Shown here: positions 58,101 through 64,000 of the stretch, piece by piece
Layout of the letters: every line of letters starts with the position of its first letter
Position numbering within the stretch: the stretch's first letter is position 1
IMG/VR virus record: IMGVR_UViG_3300030085_002462
DNA from: a virus
Length of the DNA stretch: 64,000 bases
Direction: 5' to 3' (one strand)
Translations under genes and position numbers: made by a program
The notes under the pieces: generated by a model
Database searches by the model: none
The model's input: only the letters and a program-made list of their open reading frames with translations
Told to the model about the DNA's origin: nothing

Positions 58101-59146
58101 CTACTTATGATGATGCAGGCAATATGCTTACATTGTCTGCCGTCCAAGCAGATCTGAATACTGATAATATTACTGAAGGTAGCACAGCACTGTTTACTAC
58201 TGCTGCACGCACTCGCTCCCACTTCACATACGGCGTGGGTATTGAGTTGTCTGGTGCTGGTGAGTTGAGTGTCACTCAAGCAGATATCAATACTGATAAC
58301 GTCACGGAGGGATCAACAAATGTCTTCTTTACGAACGCTCGCGCTAGGGGTGCATTTAGCGTTGGTGGCGATCTCGGTTACAACGCTTCTACTGGCGAAT
58401 TCTCATTCACTGAGCGCACAGATGCTGAGGTAAATGCACTTGCTGATACTCGTATCGCACTGAATGTTGGCACAAACCTTGACCTGAGCAATCAGGACAC
58501 TGGTGATCTGGCAGAGGGCACTAACCTCTACTACACCAACGCTCGTGCTGATGCTCGCATTGCACTTCAAGTTGGTGCAAACCTTGATATTAGCAACCAG
58601 TCCACAAGCGACCTGTCTGAAGGCACTAACCTTTACTACACACAAGCTCGTGCTGATGCAAGAGTTGATGCAGGATTTGCTGCTAAGGACACTGGTGACC
58701 TTGCAGAAGGCACTAACCTTTACTACACAGACGCACGCGCTGATGCTCGTGTCGCCGCTGCTGCTAGTAACTATGCTACTGCTGCACAAGGCACGCTGGC
58801 AGATTCCGCTACACAACCAGGAGATCTGGCAACTGTAGCAACCAGCGGATCTTACAATGATCTGTCTAACTTGCCTACGCTCTTCTCTGGTGCATATGCT
58901 GATCTAACTGGCAAACCTACATTATTCTCTGGTGATTATGATGACCTAACCAACAAACCTACGTTGGGCACTGCTGCTGCAACCGCAGCAACTGCATATG
59001 CAACTGCTGCACAGGGATCTAAAGCAGACGCTAACGATACTGACATAGATGACATCTATACTCAGTTGGTTGCGATTGGTAATGACACTAACATCTCAAC
59101 AGTCGCACAACTCAAGACTGCACTACTCGCACTCGCTAGAAGTTAA
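52127..59146 (+). CDS. Long tail-fibre-like protein (2339 aa)
   Basis: N-terminal RIQLRRD.A.QW...NPILAQGELGIEIDT.RIKIGDG (Mtd-N/hyaluronidase-type); extensive TL.V.G beta-repeats; C-terminal EGTNLYYT.ARA repeats. Confidence 0.88.
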   Translation: MANRIQLRRDGAQQWANVNPILAQGELGIEIDTSRIKIGDGVTPWNSLKYERPLETESNTANTLVKRDADGNFEAGAITASLIGNAATATRLANSRQIQLGGDMSGSGTFDGSSNLTITAELNYVTTLPHYDQNDLDAQGTYTKLTIDSRGRIVNAFNPTTLNDYGIVDAQPLDSDLTSVASMTTFGLMSRQAEGSIVTRTITGGSGRIIVQNGNAQTNNPFLDLADTAVVVGTYNPVGLGDTPLVSVGTGSQTVNTTNFTVDRYGRLTYAQTSPIATATEGAKSGTSFTTYDNAVAYPRFSKIIAPNGRVYQAAIRDVGAGLGAPTHNTNNGDADDQGGWRDLGADSVEQKGLASFDQEDFNVDDNGHVTIAADAIENTQLQSAGKLMFTDQNATEEFILDKERTTDNAYHGITKVNHVNINNRTGNSVFRVVGYDTAEYPFQPSILSQGNSYPAINADDANGNGSATSGSSLTGAVDINLDTTLSGNLTLDVAKADQFIKRTSGNLEVALEINETNNRSMDVNVTNAGSGDATFNLTVDQDITINVTDVDHRVNVEDFHIQDNVLSTTNSIMVLDPADDDDISGTVRIRGDLTVDGTTTTVNSTTVTIDDVILTLGGDTTPTLDDGKDRGVEFHYYDSQARKGFFGWDENYADANIWSGTGGYRFLYNATNTSEVYSGTDAPLIAGNLRLTTNTSSTWKTPTTGTLVVTGGAGISENLNVGGTTHLNGNVEIDGTLDIDANFAIRDGSTDKFTVASATGNTVIEGTLDVQLETEITDNLIVRADNKVFDIKTDAGVSKFTVDTDNGNTVIEGTVNVKQGVDFDSTLNVDSDVTFNATLDVDDDATFHNDITLDTTGKFFTITNGSSQTFRVTSTNGNTDIEGSLNVGGINTFERTNNIVIAETTDDITLSSVGNATFAGGVNIDKDVRIGTDLYVADRLVVKDAGTARTRPSLLNNVDVLYRTYLGGGTAHNASFADDADAQLRVAGGVGIVQDLYVGDDFYIGKVSNTDTIEFQVLGESGATTIGRVGQGGTTDGSLTVHGDVTFNRDVTFNGDALTFGVDATDVLTVNAISTFTDNVTVNGDLDVDGNTVIEGNLTVNGTTTTINSTTQTLDDPVFTLGGDTAPSQADAKDRGIEFRYYSGSAQIGFFGWDNSAGRYAFYHGATNSSEAFSGTRSGIDAGSLKLFDTTNSTSASTGALIVGGGVGIGLDLTVGDDLIVTDDGSFGGNVDITGTLDVTNDLAVNGNKFTVVASNGNTYVAGTFQVDGNATIGNAGSDNHIVTGTVTFNQAITSTDITADQIEIGVDGPTEISTTSGNLILDSDGGTVNITDNADVDGNLNVDGNTQIDGTLTVDGNTTIGNAAGDAHSVTGTVQFNQAITSTDITADNIKIGVDGATEISTTSGDLILDSQSGKVHITDNAEVDGNLQIDGNTTLGDASSDTLTVNATSTFNAQVNGNAAIWNNLRIGFTNNNEIDTSTGNLTLDSAGGSTTIDDDLSVTGASTLTGQLTVNDSILIDATNEQFRVRSSLVDRFTIDSDNGNTFIAGTTQIEGLTTINDNLDLNGNGDVSGTLNVANIVYADSTDGANLGNNFAADGALRVAGGATVAQNLGVGGNLQVYGDLEIDGNQVSKGNQEFRGRVEFSKSDNPNSLTANAAIMVTAGGVTVAEDMFVGSDLFLGPNNGTTITLNGATGNASIGGTLGITGTTTAAVINASSVNTSASVGIGGSLLINTDKFTVQGSTGNTDIAGTLDVDGATVIDDTLNVTQAVDFDSTLNVDGESTFNAAITQNSTSLFKDNFVLRGASKTLKLQNGSGTDKITLASTTGNITAAGLTTTNTFESVSNATIGGTLGVTGQITGNITGDLTGTADKADLVEITETASSNLTYFIPFVSTNTGYTEVRTDSSNLSYNPSTNRLTVNNFRSTTDFEVQGNLTITGNILYGQSQVGSIANHDTDALSEGTSNLYFTDERVDDRVAGLINAGTGISATYDDAGNMLTLSAVQADLNTDNITEGSTALFTTAARTRSHFTYGVGIELSGAGELSVTQADINTDNVTEGSTNVFFTNARARGAFSVGGDLGYNASTGEFSFTERTDAEVNALADTRIALNVGTNLDLSNQDTGDLAEGTNLYYTNARADARIALQVGANLDISNQSTSDLSEGTNLYYTQARADARVDAGFAAKDTGDLAEGTNLYYTDARADARVAAAASNYATAAQGTLADSATQPGDLATVATSGSYNDLSNLPTLFSGAYADLTGKPTLFSGDYDDLTNKPTLGTAAATAATAYATAAQGSKADANDTDIDDIYTQLVAIGNDTNISTVAQLKTALLALARS
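57990..58960 (+). repeat. Tandem repeats in the fibre C-terminus (TDxLxEGxxNLY(Y/F)TxARAxAR, about 6-7 copies; then SGxYxDLxxKP, 3 copies)
   Basis: Near-identical DNA, e.g. ggacactggtga...gaaggcactaacct(c/t)tactacac at about 58495, 58615 and 58690. Confidence 0.85.
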
Positions 59147-59150
59147 TTAA

Positions 59151-59951
59151 ATGGCTAAACCTACCTCCAAAGCAGAATTAAAGGAGTACTGCCTCCGTAG
59201 ACTGGGTAAACCAGTCTTGGAGGTTAATGTCTCTGATGATCAGATAGACGACGCTATCGATTATTCTCTGCAAAAATTCCAACAATTCCACTATGATGGA
59301 TGTGAGAGAGTTTATCTGAAACACCAGATTACTCAGGATGTTATTGATCGTGCAAAAGCACACACCACTCATACCTCTTCTGCAGGTAATGATAGTTGGA
59401 AAGAGGGCACTGGTTATATTGAGATCCCAGAGCATATTTTGGCAGTAGAAGGACTCTTCTCTTTTACTGATAAAGGGACGGCAAATATATTTGATATTCG
59501 TTATCAGATGAGACTGAATGATTTGTATGATTTTACATCTACTCAGTTTTATCACTACTACATGATCCAACAGCATTTGGAAACTATTGATTTCCTATTG
59601 GAAGGTTTGAAACCAGTCCGTTATCATGCTGTGCAAGATCGTTTGTATATTGATTTCGACTGGGCAGCAGATGCGTTGCTTGATAACTTCATTGTTATTA
59701 AGGCATATCGTGCTCTGCAACCTACTACATGGACAGAAATTTATGACCAGATGTGGGTGAAGGATTATACTACTGCTAAAATTAAAAAGCAGTGGGGTCA
59801 AAATCTTACCAAATTCCAGAATGTGCAAATGCCAGGCGGAGTTACACTTAACGGTGAGATGATTTATAACGATGCTGTTGAGGAATTAAAAATCCTTGAC
59901 GAGCAACTTCGCTCACAATGGGAATTACCACCTCTAGACATGATTGGCTGA
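59151..59951 (+). CDS. gp13: Neck protein gp13
   Basis: MAKPTSKAELKEYCLRRLG.PV.E.NV...Q; KKQWGQNLTKF...MPGGVTLNG. Confidence 0.95.
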   Translation: MAKPTSKAELKEYCLRRLGKPVLEVNVSDDQIDDAIDYSLQKFQQFHYDGCERVYLKHQITQDVIDRAKAHTTHTSSAGNDSWKEGTGYIEIPEHILAVEGLFSFTDKGTANIFDIRYQMRLNDLYDFTSTQFYHYYMIQQHLETIDFLLEGLKPVRYHAVQDRLYIDFDWAADALLDNFIVIKAYRALQPTTWTEIYDQMWVKDYTTAKIKKQWGQNLTKFQNVQMPGGVTLNGEMIYNDAVEELKILDEQLRSQWELPPLDMIG

Positions 59952-60828
59952 TATGGCAACTAACTCCTACTTCACACAAGGCACCACTGGTGAGCAAGAT
60001 CTTGTAGAAGATCTAGTCATCGAGCAGATCAAGATGTTTGGGAAGGATGTGTATTACATCCCTCGCACACTTGTGAATGAGGATACTGTTTTTGGAGAGG
60101 ATAGTCTATCTGCCTTCAATGGTGCACATTTAATTGAAGCATACATTGAAGATGCATCAGGTTTCCGTGGTGACGGAGACATGTTTTCAAAGTTTGGTAT
60201 TAGAATCTCTGATCAAGTTACGTTTATCATCTCGCGTAAAAGATTTACCGAGGCAGTCGATGATAACGCCACCTTAATCGTGGAGGGCAGACCCAATGAA
60301 GGCGATCTCATTCATTTCCCCCTCGCTAACAAAACATTTGAAATCCAATTCGTGGAGCACGAAGTGCCATTCTACCAGTTGGGCAAGATTCATGTATGGG
60401 GTTTACGTTGTGAGCTGTTTGAGTACAGCAATGAAGACTTCAACACGGGCGTTGCGGAAGTCGATGCAGTGGAAGTTAACTTTGCAAATGCAATCACAGT
60501 CACCGTCGCTTCGGGTGGGACAGGAGACTTTACCGTTGGTGAGACTGTTACGGGAGGTACCACAAACGTAACTGCAGATGTGAAGTCTTGGGATTCCTCT
60601 ACTGGTAAGTTGATTGTTATCAATCGCTCTGGTAGATTTACAATCCCTGAAACCCTAACAGGTAACACGTCTTCAGCGTCTTGGACTACCGCGTCTTACA
60701 ACACGCTAAATAATGTTAATGATGATACTGACCTTAATTTCACTATTGAGACTCAGGCAGATAACATCATCGACTTCACTCAGACGAATCCGTTTGGTGA
60801 ATTTGGCAATCAAGGAAGTAGTATCTGA
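59944..60828 (+). CDS. gp14: Neck protein gp14 (start may be 59953)
   Basis: EQDLVEDLVIEQIKMFGKDVYYIPR; FSKFG; RPNEGDLIHFPL; PFYQLG; NPFGE. Confidence 0.95.
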   Translation: MADMATNSYFTQGTTGEQDLVEDLVIEQIKMFGKDVYYIPRTLVNEDTVFGEDSLSAFNGAHLIEAYIEDASGFRGDGDMFSKFGIRISDQVTFIISRKRFTEAVDDNATLIVEGRPNEGDLIHFPLANKTFEIQFVEHEVPFYQLGKIHVWGLRCELFEYSNEDFNTGVAEVDAVEVNFANAITVTVASGGTGDFTVGETVTGGTTNVTADVKSWDSSTGKLIVINRSGRFTIPETLTGNTSSASWTTASYNTLNNVNDDTDLNFTIETQADNIIDFTQTNPFGEFGNQGSSI

Positions 60829-61625
60829 TGTTAGGCACTTATTCATATCACGAGATTATTAAGAAGACGGTTGTTGCATTCGGCACCCTCTTCAATAATA
60901 TCGAGCTGAGACGCACTAGCGGATCTAAAACTGAGGTTATGAAAGTGCCTCTTGCATATGGTCCCAGACAGAAGTTTCTAGCACGTCTCAGAGGCGTTGG
61001 AGACTTGTCTACTAAGGATCAGGTGCAGATCACCCTTCCACGTCTTTATTTTGAAATCAATAGTATTTCTTACGATGCAACTCGCAAAGTAAGTCCTACT
61101 CAGATTGTCAGAAATACAAAGGCAGATGGAAAGGAGATGAAGAGTTTCATGCCTATTCCTTATAACATTGGATTTGAATTAGGTATTCTATCAAAAAATC
61201 AAGATGATGCCCTGCAGATTCTTGAGCAGATCCTACCATTCTTCCAACCTTCTTTTAACATCACAATGAATCTGGTCCCAGATTTGGATGCTAAGAAAGA
61301 TTATCCTGTGACTTTGCAGTCTATTGATTATCAGGATGAGTATGAAGGAGACTATGATACACGTCGCACATTGATCTATACTTTACAGTTTGTCGCAAAA
61401 ACATATCTGTATGGTCCTGTTACAGATGTCAGTGGCGAGGTTATCAAGAAGGTCCAACTTGACTACAGTGCAGAAGCTGTTAGGACCGCACCTCGTGAAG
61501 TTCGTTATACCGTCACCCCCGATCCGATTACAGCGGATCCCGATGACAATTTCGGATTCAACGAGTTTACATCTACATTTGTAGATTCTAAAGATTGGAA
61601 TCCAGTGACGGGGCAAGATGAATAA
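60828..61625 (+). CDS. gp15: Tail sheath stabiliser / tail terminator gp15
   Basis: YHEIIKKTVVAFGTLFN; KVPLAYGP.QKFLAR; LQILEQILPFFQP; YLYGP. Confidence 0.95.
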   Translation: MLGTYSYHEIIKKTVVAFGTLFNNIELRRTSGSKTEVMKVPLAYGPRQKFLARLRGVGDLSTKDQVQITLPRLYFEINSISYDATRKVSPTQIVRNTKADGKEMKSFMPIPYNIGFELGILSKNQDDALQILEQILPFFQPSFNITMNLVPDLDAKKDYPVTLQSIDYQDEYEGDYDTRRTLIYTLQFVAKTYLYGPVTDVSGEVIKKVQLDYSAEAVRTAPREVRYTVTPDPITADPDDNFGFNEFTSTFVDSKDWNPVTGQDE

Positions 61626-62034
61626 CTACGATGGGATTGAGGATGCATTGCAGGTGGAGACGGATATCGTCCCTACCAACAAAGCTATTGAGAAGAGTGA
61701 CGTGGTGGAGATACCAACTGCGACGAAGGATCAACTCAAAAAAGATTATGAATACACCAGAGGGCACCTTTATTCGCTTATTGAAAAAGGTCAAGAAGCG
61801 GTTGATGGGATCCTAGAGTTAGCTCAAGAATCTGAGCAACCAAGAGCATTCGAGGTTGCTGGACAACTAATCAAACATGTGGGAGACGTTGCTGACAAAC
61901 TTGTAGATCTTCAAAAGAAGGTCAATGAGATTGAGAATCCCAAAAAAGGCAAAGAAGTTAATACTACCAACAACACCATGTTTGTCGGTAGCACTGCAGA
62001 CCTTGCTAAATTCCTTAAGCAGCAAAAAGAATAA
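61618..62034 (+). CDS. gp16: Terminase small subunit gp16
   Basis: DYEYTRGHLYSLIEKGQEA..GILELA.ES..PRAFEVAGQLIK; NNTMFVGSTADL. Confidence 0.95.
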   Translation: MNNYDGIEDALQVETDIVPTNKAIEKSDVVEIPTATKDQLKKDYEYTRGHLYSLIEKGQEAVDGILELAQESEQPRAFEVAGQLIKHVGDVADKLVDLQKKVNEIENPKKGKEVNTTNNTMFVGSTADLAKFLKQQKE

Positions 62035-62037
62035 ATA
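62031..62037 (+). promoter_or_regulatory. Late promoter
   Basis: ATAAATA overlapping the gp16 stop. Confidence 0.6.
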
Positions 62038-62061
62038 GCATAGTAGGAGTAAGTATTAACA

Positions 62062-62595
62062 ATGTCAGTATTAAATGTTCTTGACACCCAAACAATTAGC
62101 GGCAGTGGCACTGGCTACATCGTCGTAAAGAGTGGTGTCGTTCGTGCTTATGCAGCCTCTGCATCTTCGATTCAATTTGATGCTGGTCCTGCTATCACGT
62201 TGGCTGCTGGTGAAGCAATTCTTCTTTCTGTAGGAAAGTCAAAGAGTAGCACTATTTCTGCTGCAACAGATGCAGCGACAATGGTAGTTACTGTTGACGG
62301 CGGTGGCACACCTGCCCATCGTTTCGTGGTCGGAGATTACATTGCTACATCTGCAAATGGTGATACTGCTTTTACTTCTGATTTTGTATCTGCTGCTGGC
62401 GGCGGGAAGAAGGTAACTGCTGTTACTAACACCACCATCACAACAGACTACGATAGTAGCGCTGCATCGGGGGATTATGGATTATCATCTGCCAAAACTG
62501 CCGCTGGGACTATTCCAGTTATTCAAAGAGCAGTCAAACTCACCGCTGGATCTGCTGACGTTGTTGTCGAGCAAGTCCAAGTCGTCGGAGGATAA
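62062..62595 (+). CDS. Conserved hypothetical late (probably structural) protein
   Basis: 177-aa Ala/Ser/Thr/Gly-rich ORF with AGGAG upstream. Confidence 0.8.
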   Translation: MSVLNVLDTQTISGSGTGYIVVKSGVVRAYAASASSIQFDAGPAITLAAGEAILLSVGKSKSSTISAATDAATMVVTVDGGGTPAHRFVVGDYIATSANGDTAFTSDFVSAAGGGKKVTAVTNTTITTDYDSSAASGDYGLSSAKTAAGTIPVIQRAVKLTAGSADVVVEQVQVVGG

Positions 62596-62598
62596 AGA

Positions 62599-64000
62599 AT
62601 GCCCGCCGTCTCCAGAAAACAACAAAGATTCTTCGGGATGGTTAGAGCGGCTCAGAAGGGGGAATTGGGGCAAGCGTCGCCTGAGGTTTCCAGAGTTGCT
62701 GCCGACATAAGTAAGAAAGACGCAAAGGATTTTGCATCCACTAAACACAAAGGTCTGCCTGAGAAAAAAATGAAAAAGGAAGATTACAAGTATCCTCTAT
62801 ACGCACCATACACTAAGGTGGATGAGTTTCATGCCAACAAAAAACCGTTGGATGAAGAAGGATATGATCATATGCGTGATCGCAAACTTGAGAAGTATGG
62901 CTCAGGTTACAGATCTGCAGGCAGTAGCCGCAGTGTTGCAAGGTCTGGTGGGACGCAACCCAAACCCATGCCTAAGAAGAAGGATGGTCCTTCTGCTCTG
63001 GACTATGTGAAGAAGTCCATCGAAGCAAAGTATGGCAAGGGTGCCATCATGGATACTTCTAAGAAGAAGAATGAAGAATATGTAGCTGAGAAAAAAGATT
63101 GCGTCAAGAAAGAAAAGAAGACCATGCACAACTGTGCTAAGAAGGTCTGCTCTGAGCAATGGGGTGTTGGTGAGTGTATTTACGGACAACATGCTGTCCC
63201 TGATGCTGATGGCAATGTCGCGTGGTATGACGTAATGTTTGAGCATGGCATCGAGAAAGGTGTGGATGTATCAACACTAGAAGTTTTGGAAGAAGGATCT
63301 CACGGTGAGCATGTTGAGCATGAAGGTGAGATGGTTGAAGCAAAGGTTGACACCTATAAAAAATTAGATGATGAAGGTAAAGAAGATGCAAGAAACTTGC
63401 GTAAGTTTGGCACCTCTCACAATCAGCATGGACATGCTGTTTTAAGGAGAGCACTTCATCGCTCACGCCGTGGAGATAAGAAGGTGAAAGGTGAAAAACC
63501 AGTATATGAGAAAGAGAGCGTAGAGCATATCGAAGAGAAGAAGAAAGGTCTCTGGGATAACATTCATGCCAAGCGTAAGCGTGGTGAGAAACCTGCTAAG
63601 CCTGGTGACAAAGATTATCCTAAGACTCTCAACGTCGAAGGTTATGATAAACCAGACGAGAAGTTGAAGACTGATCGGGATATGTTTAACATCCCTAAGG
63701 AAAAGCAGAATGCTGCAAAGGAGCGTCTTCTCGCTAAAGCAAAAGCAAAGCGTGCAAAACTGAAAGAAGATGTTTGGGATCAGGTTGACATCTTTGCGGA
63801 GATGAATGACTGGGAGATCTCACTCCTTAATGATACTATTATCGAAGATATCGTTACTGATGTCTTCATCGAAGAATTACAAGAAGGTAGAGATATTGAT
63901 AGCGTCACAGATATGCTCTGTGAGTCTGTTGATTACTCTCTGAATCTTCTGACAGAAGTATCTGACTCATACTATGATTCTGCTGTTAAGTCTTCTAAAG
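62599..64000 (+). CDS. Modular, highly charged late protein with a DUF3008-like N-terminus; 3'-truncated; probable internal head protein
   Basis: Missed by the track. Hand translation is open from ATG 62599 to the window end: MPAVSRKQQRFFGMV...DFASTKHKGLPEK... Confidence 0.85.
   Translation, partial: MPAVSRKQQRFFGMVRAAQKGELGQASPEVSRVAADISKKDAKDFASTKHKGLPEKKMKKEDYKYPLYAPYTKVDEFHANKKPLDEEGYDHMRDRKLEKYGSGYRSAGSSRSVARSGGTQPKPMPKKKDGPSALDYVKKSIEAKYGKGAIMDTSKKKNEEYVAEKKDCVKKEKKTMHNCAKKVCSEQWGVGECIYGQHAVPDADGNVAWYDVMFEHGIEKGVDVSTLEVLEEGSHGEHVEHEGEMVEAKVDTYKKLDDEGKEDARNLRKFGTSHNQHGHAVLRRALHRSRRGDKKVKGEKPVYEKESVEHIEEKKKGLWDNIHAKRKRGEKPAKPGDKDYPKTLNVEGYDKPDEKLKTDRDMFNIPKEKQNAAKERLLAKAKAKRAKLKEDVWDQVDIFAEMNDWEISLLNDTIIEDIVTDVFIEELQEGRDIDSVTDMLCESVDYSLNLLTEVSDSYYDSAVKSSK

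Noticed and set aside
57990-58960. Regularly spaced DNA repeats as a CRISPR array or DGR template/variable repeats
   Set aside because: They are in-frame protein repeats with synonymous divergence. There are no cas or reverse transcriptase genes in the window, and I noticed no adenine-specific mismatch pattern.
16660-59146. Apparent GATC enrichment as an independent signal
   Set aside because: It is largely explained by GGA-TCN replacing GGT-TCN to avoid GTTC. It needs a formal null model before being treated separately.
14657-61816. Many 60-260 aa minus-strand and alternate-frame ORFs inside the large structural genes (e.g. 36547..37254, 45460..46248, 56930..57505)
   Set aside because: These are shadows of strong codon bias. 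They are Ile/Ser/Thr/Cys-rich, have no recognisable motifs or RBS, and are fully nested in well-supported genes.

Overview
This is a 64 kb, all-plus-strand segment of a T4-like marine cyanomyovirus genome (Synechococcus/Prochlorococcus myovirus type). Bases 1-8.3 kb form an early/accessory region: an orphan DNA methyltransferase, about 30 small hypothetical ORFs (several too short for the ORF track) and a 2OG-Fe(II) oxygenase. This region carries seven copies of a two-box early promoter element. A gene-free, AT-rich interval at 7311-7568 holds divergent sigma70 promoters and inverted cyanobacterial-type DnaA boxes, and is a candidate replication origin. From about 8.5 kb come an NlpC/P60-like protein, an AbrB-like protein and then the late virion module. 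That module contains a 1197-aa structural protein, a PAAR spike tip, gp25, gp6, a giant 6862-aa gp7-like baseplate protein, a YHYH protein, a fibre with cupredoxin-like domains, gp8, a 2428-aa structural protein, a 2339-aa long fibre, gp13, gp14, gp15 and gp16. It ends in a truncated, modular, probably protease-processed internal head protein. Hidden signals are strong synonymous-codon avoidance of GTAC and GAAC/GTTC, a perfect antisense sigma70 promoter at 51.5 kb, nested domain insertions in gp7, and predicted copper sites on a virion fibre. No tRNA, rRNA, CRISPR array, integrase, intron or intein was seen. All family assignments come from motif recognition by eye, not database searches.
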